Shown piece after piece: positions 1-14,780 of a stretch of 64,000 bases of DNA (positions are counted from its first letter, which is position 1; each line of letters begins with the position of its first letter). The translations under genes and the position numbers were made by a program. Source of the stretch: an uncultured Pseudomonadota bacterium (lineage in GTDB: Bacteria > Pseudomonadota > Alphaproteobacteria > Rs-D84); contig OOHM01000001.1 of NCBI GenBank assembly GCA_900320405.1, forward strand, positions 2,843-66,842, in the 5' to 3' direction. The notes below the pieces were generated by a model. The model did no database searches. It saw only the letters and a program-made list of their open reading frames with translations, and was not told the origin of the DNA.

Positions 1-381
1 AACGGGTCTTCGTTTAATGTTAATGGTCGTATGATTGCGGACCGTGCAACCATAAACAATGTTGTAAATGTTGGACGGGATTTTAACCTGAAATCTACAT
101 CGTTGAAAACGATTAGCGGTTTTTCCGGTATTACGGTTGGTTCGGTTTATGCGCCGTATATTTTAACACGCCAGATAATTTTTCATGAAAATTTTGGTTT
201 GACCGTGTCGGGGGAATTATTGGTGTCTTCTAATTCGCCGATAAAGTTTGGCGCGTGGGCATTTCCATCAACAACGGCACCATCGTTTTCGTCTTTGACA
301 TTGACGCGTGCGCCGATACCGGCCGCACCGCGGGCGGATGAATTTGGCGCGATTATGACAAGTGGATGGCAAACAAAATGA
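1..381 (+). CDS. 5'-truncated hypothetical protein (beta-rich, likely secreted or pilin-adhesin-like C-terminus)
   Basis: Open frame from the window start, overlapping the start of the next gene; Ser/Thr/Gly/Val-rich like the C-terminal half of 366..1691. Confidence 0.6.
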   Translation, partial: NGSSFNVNGRMIADRATINNVVNVGRDFNLKSTSLKTISGFSGITVGSVYAPYILTRQIIFHENFGLTVSGELLVSSNSPIKFGAWAFPSTTAPSFSSLTLTRAPIPAAPRADEFGAIMTSGWQTK

Positions 382-1691
382 AAAGTATAATGCGAATCTT
401 TTTTCATAATAATGAACACCGCGGAACGGTGTTGATAGAATTTTTGTTGACTATCGCATTGGCGGGAACTTTGTTGCCATTTATATATGGTTATCAAAAT
501 CGTGCGGTGATTCGTGCAGAAAATGTGCGTATCACCCGTCAAATGCAAAAAATACAAACATTTTTGGAAAAATATATTGTCGAAAATAAAGACGCAATGT
601 TGACCACCGTTGGTCGCAACATCATAAAAGTAAAATTGTCGGATTTAATAGATTATGGTTTGGAAGAATCGTTTGTACAATCGGCCGGCGATAAATATCA
701 ATTGCGTGTGTTAAAGTCCAACGATTATGGTGACCAGGCATCACTTCAAGGTGTGATAGTTTTAACGGATTCTGAAATTACACCATTGCGTACGCGCGAA
801 ATTGTGTCGATGGGTGATGATAAAATAGGATTTGTTGATGGCACGCGCGCGTATGGTGGGTTTGGAACTTGGCGTGTCGATACGGCGGATTTGGGGGTGG
901 ACGCAACATCGGGTATTGTGCAAACAACATCAATAAAACGCGATAATTCTTTATATTTATGGCGCGTGCCGTCCGAAAATGTGTCGGATGCAACAATGTT
1001 GTCCGCATTGAATTTGGGTGGACGCGACATAATAAATTCTGTTTTTGTAAATACGGGTGGTTTGTCGTTGGATGAATCATTAGAGGTGAATAAGGTTGTC
1101 ACCAATGATTTGATATTTACAAATCGCACAACGATTGATACCAAATTTACAACCCAAACGGCGCTGGTTTCGGGTGCAATGTCGGGGGATTCAAAAAATA
1201 TCGCGGTCACGGGCACACTAAGTTTGGCAGAATCGGCCAAGGCATCTTCATTTACGGCGGATAATTTTTGGGTGAATAATTTAACATTGGGGGGATTATC
1301 TACGCCATCTGGGTCGGCGGCAACACTGCGTTCAAATGGTTCGCTTGATATGACCGAAGGTCGCGTAAGCGCAATGTTTGTATCTGTTGGATTTACGGGT
1401 TCAATAACATCGCGCCTGAATGTCAAAGAAAAAATAGTTGATTCTGTGAATTCAGATTACTATTGGGATGTTAAGTCCAAGGTCGCAAAATTGGTTGATA
1501 TAAATTCACCAACATTATCGGATATGGCGTCACGTGCGTTGCGTCGTGAATCTGTGTCGGGGTCGTCCGCAACACGGGTGTTTTCATCGGTTGCATCAAA
1601 CAAAAATGCAACGATGGGCGATTACCTGAACGCGATTCGTGAAATTGGGCAAAATGTCCGCGCCAAATATCAAATGTTGAATTTAGAATAA
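366..1691 (+). CDS. Type IV prepilin-like protein resembling shufflon PilV tip adhesin
   Basis: Class III signal HRG|TVLIE plus hydrophobic helix; YLWRVP..DATMLSALNLGGRDI resembles the end of the PilV N-terminal domain; true start may be 378. Confidence 0.65.
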   Translation: MANKMKSIMRIFFHNNEHRGTVLIEFLLTIALAGTLLPFIYGYQNRAVIRAENVRITRQMQKIQTFLEKYIVENKDAMLTTVGRNIIKVKLSDLIDYGLEESFVQSAGDKYQLRVLKSNDYGDQASLQGVIVLTDSEITPLRTREIVSMGDDKIGFVDGTRAYGGFGTWRVDTADLGVDATSGIVQTTSIKRDNSLYLWRVPSENVSDATMLSALNLGGRDIINSVFVNTGGLSLDESLEVNKVVTNDLIFTNRTTIDTKFTTQTALVSGAMSGDSKNIAVTGTLSLAESAKASSFTADNFWVNNLTLGGLSTPSGSAATLRSNGSLDMTEGRVSAMFVSVGFTGSITSRLNVKEKIVDSVNSDYYWDVKSKVAKLVDINSPTLSDMASRALRRESVSGSSATRVFSSVASNKNATMGDYLNAIREIGQNVRAKYQMLNLE

Positions 1692-1716
1692 ATTATGCTA
1701 TAAAGGGTACAAGCAA

Positions 1717-2238
1717 ATGAAAATTAAATGTGATGTTTGTAAAACAGAATATTCAATGCCGAACGCGCCGTCTGGTCGTGTGCGGTGTGCGGTATGTGGA
1801 AATGTATGGCATATTTCACGCAGTCCGCGTCGCAGTGGTTTATTGGTGTTTTTTGCATCATTGTGTGCGTTGCTTGCGGCGACGGTGTTTGCGGTTGCGG
1901 TTATTGTGTCTTCGCGGCACGACGACCCGGCAAAGCGTCCTTTGGTTGCGACAATTACGAATGTTTCCACTGTAAAAGATGATGGTGCCACACCCCGCAT
2001 AGTGGTTGATGGTACGGTCACCAATCGGTCTGATGATATATACGCGTTTCCCGATTTAATAATTGTTTTGTACGATGCAAATGGTGCACCAATTTCGCGT
2101 CAGAAGTTTATGCCGTCTGCGACATTGTTGGATGCGGGTCAATCGGTTCGTTTCTCGCATACTTTGTCGGGCAATATGGTTGGTGTAAAACGTGTCACGG
2201 TTGAATTATTGGATACAAATCCGGGGGGTAAGAAATGA
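1717..2238 (+). CDS. MJ0042-type zinc-ribbon membrane protein with DUF3426/FxLYD-like C-terminal domain
   Basis: CDVC..VRCAVCGNVW, one TM helix, IVLYDANG motif. Confidence 0.8.
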   Translation: MKIKCDVCKTEYSMPNAPSGRVRCAVCGNVWHISRSPRRSGLLVFFASLCALLAATVFAVAVIVSSRHDDPAKRPLVATITNVSTVKDDGATPRIVVDGTVTNRSDDIYAFPDLIIVLYDANGAPISRQKFMPSATLLDAGQSVRFSHTLSGNMVGVKRVTVELLDTNPGGKK

Positions 2239-2693
2239 GAAGAATAATTTTTGGAATTGTTTTTGCGATGGTGACTTGCATTGTGGCCGCGGCGGATAAT
2301 CCGCCGGCACCGCGCGTAAGCATTTTTTCGACCACAACCGATTGGGCGGCGTTAACCGGATTGCCATTGCGGCAATTTACAGGTGATTTCAAATGGTCAA
2401 ATGCGGATGTTGGTCGCGGTATGGTTATGTATTACCTGGATGCATTTCCCTGTTATGGCGAGGCCGACAGTGTTCGCATCTGGTTGGGCCCAAATAAACA
2501 GCGCGAAGGCAAATTGCGTCTGGTATGTGTTCACGCCCCAACCGAAATAAGTTTCACGTGGCGTGATGCCACCCGTGACGCAGACCAGGCCCAAAGTACA
2601 GGAATTTTGAAATGTCCGGTCACCGGTGATTATGAATTGACCATAGATATGTCGAAATGTGTCCGTGGCCCGGATTGGAAGGAATACAAATAA
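2235..2693 (+). CDS. Hypothetical secreted protein
   Basis: Signal peptide; ATGA overlap with upstream gene. Confidence 0.7.
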   Translation: MRRIIFGIVFAMVTCIVAAADNPPAPRVSIFSTTTDWAALTGLPLRQFTGDFKWSNADVGRGMVMYYLDAFPCYGEADSVRIWLGPNKQREGKLRLVCVHAPTEISFTWRDATRDADQAQSTGILKCPVTGDYELTIDMSKCVRGPDWKEYK

Positions 2694-2695
2694 AA

Positions 2696-3655
2696 ATGAC
2701 GGATGCGCGCGAATTTATTGTGACAAATGAATCCGCCGGCGTACGCGTGGATAGATTTCTTGTTTTACAAATGCCGGAATTTTCGCGCAGTGAAATTCAA
2801 CGTTTTTCAATTTTGCGCAACGGCGCGCCGGTAAAGTTGTCCGATAAAGTAAAACCGGATGATAAAATCACGGTTGAAATTCCCGATAGACAGACAGACA
2901 TTGCAACCGACAACATATCGAATGAACTGGATTTGGAAATTTTATACCAAGACGACGACATAATCGTCATAAACAAACCGCGTGGCGTTGTTATGTATCC
3001 ATCGGCGGGGAATAAAACGGGGACTTTGGTTCAAAATTTGTTGTCGGTGACACATCTGTCGACATTGGGGGGACCGACGCGCCCAGGCGTGGTTCATCGA
3101 TTGGACAAAGATACCAGTGGTGTTATGGTTTTCGCCAAATCGGATGCGGCATATCGCGGATTGGTCAAAATGTTCAGTGCGCACGATTTGACGCGTAAAT
3201 ATGTTGCCTTTGTATGGGGTGTGCCAAATTGGACCGGTGCAGATATAACCGGAAATATTGCGCGTTCTTCGCGCAACCGGCAAAAAATGACAATGGTAAA
3301 ATCGGGCGGCAAACCCGCGCATACATCGGTCGAAGTGTTAAATACGTGGCCGCGTGCGGGCGTGTCGGAATTTCGTTGCACACTGCTTACCGGGCGGACG
3401 CATCAAATTCGTGTTCATTTGTCGGCGCACGGGTTCCCGGTTTTATGTGACCCGGTCTATGGTCGTGGGGCAATGCGCCTGGGGTCGGTGCGCGACACCG
3501 ATTTATTGGAATTTATAAAAACGCACAGTGGTCAAATGTTGCACGCGGCGGTATTAGAATTCAATCACCCGGTGACCGGTGAAAAAATGCATTTCAAAAC
3601 CAATCTGCCGGACGATATGATGGAATTAAAATATATTCTGGACAGTGCGAATTAA
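2696..3655 (+). CDS. rluD: RluA-family 23S rRNA pseudouridine synthase (RluD-like)
   Basis: S4-like N-terminus, NKPRG, HRLDKDTSG, TGRTHQIRVH motifs. Confidence 0.9.
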   Translation: MTDAREFIVTNESAGVRVDRFLVLQMPEFSRSEIQRFSILRNGAPVKLSDKVKPDDKITVEIPDRQTDIATDNISNELDLEILYQDDDIIVINKPRGVVMYPSAGNKTGTLVQNLLSVTHLSTLGGPTRPGVVHRLDKDTSGVMVFAKSDAAYRGLVKMFSAHDLTRKYVAFVWGVPNWTGADITGNIARSSRNRQKMTMVKSGGKPAHTSVEVLNTWPRAGVSEFRCTLLTGRTHQIRVHLSAHGFPVLCDPVYGRGAMRLGSVRDTDLLEFIKTHSGQMLHAAVLEFNHPVTGEKMHFKTNLPDDMMELKYILDSAN

Positions 3656-3718
3656 CCACTAATTTTTGCTTTTCTTTTTTTTGCCCCTATGATATAATAA
3701 ATCGATACCAAAAGGGGA

Positions 3719-6700
3719 ATGGGAATGAAGATTCTTACAAATTGTATTGGGTTAATGGCGGTTTTCTGCGTTATTGGCGGTGCGGATGCGGCGTTGCGCG
3801 CGGGTGGTTCGCGTGTGTCATCGATACCGGTAAATGCGACAACTGCGGCGGCGCGTCGTTTGCCGACGATGATTTCGGCGAAAAATGTTGCGACAACGAC
3901 CACCACGACAACAACATCAACATCGTCTTTGATGGAAATGACAGAATGTGTCGAAAAGTATACTGAATGTATCAAAGATGCCGATGTTTGCGGTTTTGAT
4001 TTTGAAGAATGCACAACATCCGAATTGTTCTATGCGAAAAAGCCTCAATGTAATAACGTTTTGTTGCAATGTTCCGCGGCGGGTATCAACGCATTGTTTG
4101 GCACAACATCGACAACGAACCTTTCGGCCAAGAATTCTAATGATGAATATGTTTATCCAACCGCAGGCAGCATTCTGGGCCAGTTTATAGAGGCCGGCGC
4201 CATCAACAATCGTTTGGATAAATCATCGTGTGTTAAACGTTATACTTCGTGTTTGAAGAAAGAAAGTGTTTGTGGCGAAGATTTTGAACTTTGCACATCT
4301 AACAATGAATTCAAGAAACAAAAAATATTCTGCGAATCAACATTGGCGCGCTGTATGGATGACGGCAAAACCGAATTGTTTGGTTCGACAAATATCGATT
4401 CAAACCCGACGGCGACAAGTCGTTTGGGGATAATGATAAAAGAAGGTGCGGACCTTGCATCTGTGAATGCGGTATCTACTTGCTATAAGGTTGCAGACCA
4501 ATGCATCCTGTCCACATGCAAATCAAATCCGTATAAATGCATAACAGACAGCAGTGTGAATGTTATCAATATCACAGATGCGATTAATGCCGGTTTGGAT
4601 TTGACCTCTGACCAGGCTACATCTCTGTCTGAAATGTTGACTTCGGCCAAGGTGAACAGTTTTATTCGTGGCGCGTGCAAGGATACAATTGGTGGAAATA
4701 AATATTGCCATATGACCGTGAACGAAGGCAAGGTTCCAACCGCATCGCAATTGATTGACGAAGATGTTCGTGACGAAATCTATTCTGATATCTATGCATC
4801 GCGTATGAACGCCGTTATGCGTGGCAAGATTCAAGATTATGCAAACGATTTTGATAAAAAGACCAAGGACAAATGTGTAGAAACGATTATGGCGTGCACA
4901 ATGCGTTCCTGTGGTTCTGGTTTGGGTTCGTTGTGCTATAAAAAAGTATTTGGTGCGGGCAACAACGCGTCCGATTTCAAAAATTCTATCAATGGCGAAA
5001 ACACATATGCCGAAATTGAAAACGGTTGCGCGGCGATTGTGAACACCGATACAAACTGTCAATATGCGGCGGCGGTTTCGAATGCAACAACCGGTGGTTA
5101 TACATATGCATACAATGACAACAATGTGTTTGGTGTCTTGTTCCCAACGGCCGGTGGAAACGATGTGTTGGGTGCGGTTGAAAAATTGAATGCGGCGTTG
5201 GCGGAAAATTATAATGACGCGGCGATTGCGCAACTGGCAAAGCAATGCCGTGCCACCGCGGTCAGTTGTATTAAATCTATGTGTGGCACAGATTACACAA
5301 ATTGCTATCGCAACCGTACGGATATTATGTCCGATACATATGATACGGGCAATGCGGCGTTTGACCACAGTATGAACAAGGTTGGTGGTGTGTTGGATTT
5401 CAACATTATCCGTGGTTTGTGTGTTGAAACGGTCAAGAATGCAACCACATGTGATGAACATTTGAAGATTCAATCTGTGCGTTATATGTCCGATGATAAC
5501 GGGGCCGATGGTTGGGGCAACAATAATGTTCGCACCGCCTGGAATGATGCGGTCAAATCTGGATATAAACAGAGCAAATCTTACGATGTTGAGGTCTTGG
5601 TTGGTTGTATGGTCGGTGACAGCAGTACATCAGAAGCGTGCAAGGCAAAACAAGGCAATCCAAACTTGGTTGAAGATTGTGGATATATGGACGAAGATGG
5701 TTGTCTGTATGATAAAGAATATCGTATCACAGAAACCGATTACGCGTTCACTATGGCGTCCGATACATTGTTCCAAGAGGTCTTGGGTGATATAGAAAAA
5801 GAAGCCCAGGCAAAGTACAATGCGAAACTGACCGCGGAACAAAATATGTGCGTCGCCGCGAACAATGGCGGACTGATGGGGAATCGTGAAATGTCCGGCA
5901 CATACCAGTGGGTGAAATTGAAAAGCAAGCGCATCCCGAAAAATTACAGCACGGCCGGTTTGAAAGTGAACGACTTTGTGGCAAGCAACGATTTGTATGG
6001 TTCGTTCTGTCGCGCACGCGTCACAATCCAATCGGATGACCCGGATATCCAATCGGCATTGCAACAAAAGAACCAGAATTGGTCCACGGCATACTTTGCG
6101 GTTGGCGATGTGTTCACCTGTGGTTCTTGGATACCGCAAGATAAATTACAGGAAATCGCGGAAAAAGTTGCCGCCAAGAAATTGGGTAAATCTGTTGCCG
6201 ATGCACGCGATGGTAAAATGTCCACAGGTCAACAATGGGCAACCGCCGCGGCCACAATCGGTTCCGCCGGATTGGGCGTTGCAGGTATGGAATTGCTGCA
6301 AAGCAAGACCGGCCTTGGTGGGCTTATGAACACCAATGGTAATTCTGCACAGGCCTGTCACGACAAATTCGCTTTTGCACGTTTAGAAGCGCAAAATTGG
6401 ATACGTAATTCAACCAGCGGCAGTTGTGCAGGTGTAGAAGGCGGCGGATATGAAAACAGAGCGTTTGGTTCGGGCGAAACCATAAAGGTATCAAGTTTTG
6501 GTCAGTCTGTGACAACCAGAAAACTTTTAACAAAGCAAGGCGAATGTTTGGCGGCCGCAACAGTACAGAACTATATAGATACCGATTTGTCATTAGATAA
6601 AGAGGAAGCTGTCTGCGGCAGTGGCGCATCTGCCGGTTGGCGCATCGGGGCGGATGCCATTGGTGCAACCGCACTTGGTATAACCGGCGGTTTGGCAACC

Positions 6701-6847
6701 GGTCAAAACATCAAGGCGGCGAATCGTCAACGGTTTACCGAAGCCCAGCAAGAGTTTATGAATAACGTTGGTAATCATATCTATTGCTTTATCGGTGCAG
6801 ACGAAGCCGGCACCTATGGCGACCTGATTGAAATCAGCGTAGATTAG
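3719..6847 (+). CDS. Large cysteine-rich secreted/surface protein
   Basis: 1042 aa, signal peptide, Thr run, repeated CxxxYxxC..VCGxDFxxC motifs. Confidence 0.8.
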   Translation: MGMKILTNCIGLMAVFCVIGGADAALRAGGSRVSSIPVNATTAAARRLPTMISAKNVATTTTTTTTSTSSLMEMTECVEKYTECIKDADVCGFDFEECTTSELFYAKKPQCNNVLLQCSAAGINALFGTTSTTNLSAKNSNDEYVYPTAGSILGQFIEAGAINNRLDKSSCVKRYTSCLKKESVCGEDFELCTSNNEFKKQKIFCESTLARCMDDGKTELFGSTNIDSNPTATSRLGIMIKEGADLASVNAVSTCYKVADQCILSTCKSNPYKCITDSSVNVINITDAINAGLDLTSDQATSLSEMLTSAKVNSFIRGACKDTIGGNKYCHMTVNEGKVPTASQLIDEDVRDEIYSDIYASRMNAVMRGKIQDYANDFDKKTKDKCVETIMACTMRSCGSGLGSLCYKKVFGAGNNASDFKNSINGENTYAEIENGCAAIVNTDTNCQYAAAVSNATTGGYTYAYNDNNVFGVLFPTAGGNDVLGAVEKLNAALAENYNDAAIAQLAKQCRATAVSCIKSMCGTDYTNCYRNRTDIMSDTYDTGNAAFDHSMNKVGGVLDFNIIRGLCVETVKNATTCDEHLKIQSVRYMSDDNGADGWGNNNVRTAWNDAVKSGYKQSKSYDVEVLVGCMVGDSSTSEACKAKQGNPNLVEDCGYMDEDGCLYDKEYRITETDYAFTMASDTLFQEVLGDIEKEAQAKYNAKLTAEQNMCVAANNGGLMGNREMSGTYQWVKLKSKRIPKNYSTAGLKVNDFVASNDLYGSFCRARVTIQSDDPDIQSALQQKNQNWSTAYFAVGDVFTCGSWIPQDKLQEIAEKVAAKKLGKSVADARDGKMSTGQQWATAAATIGSAGLGVAGMELLQSKTGLGGLMNTNGNSAQACHDKFAFARLEAQNWIRNSTSGSCAGVEGGGYENRAFGSGETIKVSSFGQSVTTRKLLTKQGECLAAATVQNYIDTDLSLDKEEAVCGSGASAGWRIGADAIGATALGITGGLATGQNIKAANRQRFTEAQQEFMNNVGNHIYCFIGADEAGTYGDLIEISVD

Positions 6848-6934
6848 TGGTAGTGGTTAGTGTAAGTGGTTAGTACGGGTGCGAAAATCGCACCCGTGTT
6901 TTTTGCTTTTGGAAAAAAATTCCAGATAGCCAAG

Positions 6935-7080
6935 TTCCCCTCCATCAGGCCCCGCAAAATTTGAAAAATTTTGTGGGTGATAACCGGAGGGGTGGCGCCG
7001 AACGGCGACGGGGTGGGGGTATTAAATGTGCAATATGTTTTATTAACCCCCACCTCCCGGCCTACGCCGGGATGACGAAG
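6935..7080. repeat. REP/RPE-like palindromic element remnants
   Basis: CCCCTCC..GGAGGGGTGG and CCCGGCCTACGCCGGGATGAC motifs; the latter is related to the element at 51434. Confidence 0.5.
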
Positions 7081-7286
7081 TGCGCACCGCGGTCGGGACG
7101 GACTCTCTCCGATTCGGCAATGCGAATCGGTGACGAATCGGTTTTTTGCGTGTTTTGATGCGTTTTTTATTGTGCAAAACAAAAATATTAGAAAAATTGT
7201 AAAAATAAAAAATACCGGATTTCTGCCGGTTTTTGTCGAAACTGTCCGGTATAAAGAAAAAAAGAAAAATAATTTTGAAAAAATGC

Positions 7287-7315
7287 TTGACTTTTTCAAG
7301 ATATAGGGTCATAGT
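7287..7315 (+). promoter_or_regulatory. Putative sigma70 rrn promoter
   Basis: TTGACT-17 nt-CATAGT with A-rich upstream element. Confidence 0.55.
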
Positions 7316-7641
7316 ATACGGGCTTTCTAAGTTAGGACGCAAAAGAAATGTGAAATCTAACCTCTGGAACGCGGAAAAATCCGCATCATTGTGAATAAAA
7401 GCAGCTCATCAAATGATTTTTGATGCTTTTCAAAAATCTGTTCAAGAAGAGATATGCAGACAGTTGAATTTGGAAATATCCAAACTTTGACTAAGTCAAA
7501 TGTGCATATCCTAGACAGGTAGTAGGTTTACAAAGTAGACCTCGTTAAAAACTTGTCTTGCGAATATATAATATGTAAAGACGAACTGATATAAATGTCA
7601 GCTTTGTTTATATGCACAGGACTTAAACCACAGGTTTTTTA

Positions 7642-9145
<1,504 letters not shown>

Positions 9146-9264
9146 ATAGAGAATACCGTTTACACGAAAACGGTCAAATCCAAACGCGACTGTCTGAATA
9201 TCTCTTTTTCGAACAAATTCTGGTATCAGCGGAATTACTGCCTGTTTCAGAATTTATAACGATT

Positions 9265-9341
9265 GGGTCAGTAGTTCAGTTGGTTAGAATGTCGCTCTGA
9301 TACAGCGAAGGTCGAAGATTCGAGTTCTTCCTGACCCACCA
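9265..9341 (+). tRNA. tRNA-Ile(GAT)
   Basis: Cloverleaf GGGTCAG..CTGACCC-ACCA; anticodon stem TCGCT/AGCGA, loop CTGATAC. Confidence 0.95.
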
Positions 9342-9644
9342 TTTTTTTGATGAGGTTGGAATCAAAAACACATTTTTGTGTTTGTGATTCCAGATATTCT
9401 AACGATTATCGTCGGAATCTGCTTTTAATTGGCAAACATTGTAAATCGGTTTTTATGTCACGAATTAGATTTTCACAGAAATGTGATTGTTTGATTCGAT
9501 GAACATCGTAATCTCAAAAATCTTTCTAAAGAGTAATCACGAAAGTGATAATTCAATTTTAGATAGCAAGAATCAACTAATGCTTAAAAACTCATTTAAG
9601 TTATTTTTAAGTGCGTGAAGACATTCTCTTCAAGCATAAGATAA

Positions 9645-12385
<2,741 letters not shown>

Positions 12386-12470
12386 TTATCTTATCGTTTG
12401 ACTTGTTCAAACGATATGCTTGAAGAGAACGTTGAAGTTGATTCATTAACACGATGTTCGCTGGATTTAT

Positions 12471-12584
12471 TCTGGTGATTATAGAGCGGGAGTCACCCTC
12501 TGTTCCATTCCGAACCAGACAGGGAAACCCCGTATCGCCGATGGTACTTTGGCTTAAGCCACGGAAGAGTAGGTCGTCGCCAGA
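12471..12584 (+). rRNA. rrf: 5S rRNA
   Basis: CCATTCCGAAC, GATGGTACT, GAGTAGGTCGTCGCCAG; flanking stem CTGGATTTATTCTGG/CCAGAATAAATCCAG. Confidence 0.95.
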
Positions 12585-12614
12585 ATAAATCCAGTATGAT
12601 ATAAAAACCGTTTT

Positions 12615-12638
12615 AACCGCCCAAGTGGCGGTTTTTTT
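12615..12638 (+). terminator. rrn intrinsic terminator
   Basis: AACCGCC-caagt-GGCGGTT followed by T run. Confidence 0.7.
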
Positions 12639-12662
12639 AACCGTTAACCAAAGAGATAAAAA

Positions 12663-12911
12663 GTGAAAAAATGGTTTCAATTTACAACATCCGGATTGCA
12701 CAGAATAATAATTTCTGTGGAACAGACAGATAAAGGCGTAGAAACCAAACGATACAGCTCATTGGGCGAAATGCCGGATGGGGTTCGTATTGAATATATA
12801 ACAGATTCTATATCAAACGAACAGAAACCACTTACCATAGATGAAATTGCCGCCGTGCGCCGTGAATTACGGTTTATTATATCAAACGGTTTCCGCGCAA
12901 ATTCACATTAA
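12663..12911 (+). CDS. Small hypothetical protein (weak paralog of 14053..14238)
   Basis: 82 aa ORF, GTG start, shared HxI...Y.S...LP..LR-type pattern. Confidence 0.6.
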   Translation: MKKWFQFTTSGLHRIIISVEQTDKGVETKRYSSLGEMPDGVRIEYITDSISNEQKPLTIDEIAAVRRELRFIISNGFRANSH

Positions 12912-12993
12912 AATCACATTGCCCCTTTGTCCGGATGATTTTTTGTTGATATTTGCGCCGGGTGTGTTAAGTTTTAAGAAAAGGGGTTCATAA

Positions 12994-13449
12994 ATGGCAG
13001 ACAAAATCGCAGATATCAACCAGTTTGCACGCTATACATTCAATCAGAATAAGCGCCACATAAAAGGTCAAATATTGGGTGCAGACAATCGTGAATACGC
13101 ATTGCGTCTGTCTAAAAATTCCGGTTCTATGTATTTTCTGCCCGACACAAATCAGATTTTATCTTCGGATGGTGCGCGTTACGACATGGACGATGAAACA
13201 AAGCGTATTGTAAAGAAATATATTCGTGTGCGTCGCATACGTGATGGTGTATTGCTGTTAATGGTGACGGGCGCCGCCGGCGCGGTAATGGCCGGTATTG
13301 CCGCGATTGCCATTTATCCAACCGAACGCAAAAATATGGAAATAAAAGAAAAAGTCAGTGCGTACGAAAAAACTTTGCCGGGATATTTAGAACAAAAGCA
13401 TAAAGTAGAACGTTTTGCAGACAGTTTACGACGCGCCAAAGAGTATTAA
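12994..13449 (+). CDS. Hypothetical single-TM protein (paralog of 13464)
   Basis: AGGGG RBS; TM helix then AYEKTLPGY..FADSLRRAK. Confidence 0.75.
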   Translation: MADKIADINQFARYTFNQNKRHIKGQILGADNREYALRLSKNSGSMYFLPDTNQILSSDGARYDMDDETKRIVKKYIRVRRIRDGVLLLMVTGAAGAVMAGIAAIAIYPTERKNMEIKEKVSAYEKTLPGYLEQKHKVERFADSLRRAKEY

Positions 13450-13463
13450 AAAGGGAAAATACT

Positions 13464-14039
13464 ATGACAGATTCAAAAACACAAAAACCAATGACCGATG
13501 CAGATGCCAATAAAAAAGTTGTCGCGATGTTAAAACGTGGTCGCCACATGCGTTTGGGGGCAAGTCCACACGTATTGTCATTGGACGATAAAACTATGCT
13601 GTTTATTGATAATAAGGAGATTCATATTAGTGAAAATTCGGGCGATGTCTTTGCGTGGGTTTATCAAATGCAAGACGATACGGCAAAACTTGCATTGTCG
13701 GTATACGACAAAGTGAAGGTACAACAAGAGCAGAAAAAGAAAACTCGCGAAAAGACCAAAAAAACTATTCAAGGTGTATGGTTTGTCTGTTTACCTGTTG
13801 CGGTGGTTGGTGGTATCCTTGGCGCAGCAGTGTTGGGCCTCGTAAAAATTGACGCGGACAGAAAGAAAATATATAACAAAAAGGCCCAAATAGATGCCTA
13901 TGCCAAAAGTTTGCCGAATTATGATGATTCAATCCGTTTGGCGCGGACGGATGCAGAATTGCAAAATGCAATAAATCGTCGCGAACAGGTGCGCCTTAAA
14001 ATTGCGCACTTTGCGGACAGTCTGAACCGCGCAAAATAA
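13464..14039 (+). CDS. Hypothetical single-TM protein (paralog of 12994)
   Basis: TM helix then AYAKSLPNY..FADSLNRAK. Confidence 0.75.
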   Translation: MTDSKTQKPMTDADANKKVVAMLKRGRHMRLGASPHVLSLDDKTMLFIDNKEIHISENSGDVFAWVYQMQDDTAKLALSVYDKVKVQQEQKKKTREKTKKTIQGVWFVCLPVAVVGGILGAAVLGLVKIDADRKKIYNKKAQIDAYAKSLPNYDDSIRLARTDAELQNAINRREQVRLKIAHFADSLNRAK

Positions 14040-14052
14040 AAAAGGATTACAA

Positions 14053-14238
14053 ATGTTGGTAAAATTTATTCGGTATTCTGTTCATAAAATTCTTGTATTG
14101 CAAACGGATGCAAATAACAAAGTACACGCCACAACATATAATTCCAGTTCGGATTTACCCGAAGATTTGCGTGGTAAATATTTTGCACAAATGGTCGCCA
14201 AACGTATGAATTTAAGAAGAATAAAACGGTCCAGATAA
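14053..14238 (+). CDS. Small hypothetical protein
   Basis: AGGA RBS, downstream hairpin, similarity to 12663 ORF. Confidence 0.6.
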   Translation: MLVKFIRYSVHKILVLQTDANNKVHATTYNSSSDLPEDLRGKYFAQMVAKRMNLRRIKRSR

Positions 14239-14347
14239 CAAAACCGCCAGCGATGGCGGTTTTAATTTTATTTTTTATTTATAAAACTTGACAATGTAAA
14301 TGTTTGTGTTATGTTTTTGGTGTAAATCGAAACTAAGGGATAGAAAT

Positions 14348-14665
14348 ATGAAAAAAATAGTTTTGTTATCGTCGTTGCTTGCGATGGTGGGTGCGGCGGC
14401 AAATGCGGATTATCGCACTGTTTATACAGATAACTGTGATCCGGCCGCAATGCATGCATTGTTGGAACGTGAATCGCGTATTCATCGCGCCGTTATCACC
14501 GAAGTTATTTGCAGTGCGCAACGCGCAATTGTCGAACCGGTTATGGTGACCGAACCTGTGTATGAACCGGTCTATGTTGAACCGGCGTATGATTTAAGTA
14601 ATATTCCGGTTGTTGATTGCGTGCCGTATCCGACGCGTTGCGAATATTGTGGCGGTTTGCAGTAA
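14348..14665 (+). CDS. Small secreted hypothetical protein
   Basis: MKKIVLLSSLLAMVGAAANA signal peptide; EPVY repeats. Confidence 0.7.
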   Translation: MKKIVLLSSLLAMVGAAANADYRTVYTDNCDPAAMHALLERESRIHRAVITEVICSAQRAIVEPVMVTEPVYEPVYVEPAYDLSNIPVVDCVPYPTRCEYCGGLQ

Positions 14666-14780
14666 GTTTTATATCCCGTAGCATTTGAGGTGCAAAAAAA
14701 CAGGCATCGCGTATGTTGCGGGATTTTTTTACCCTTGCAAAGATAAAAGTGCGTGTTATTATCAATACGAAATAATTAAT

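Noticed and set aside
4483-6778. Long antisense ORFs inside large genes (also in ppdK and gyrA)
   Set aside because: Shadow frames caused by codon bias, with no recognisable motifs
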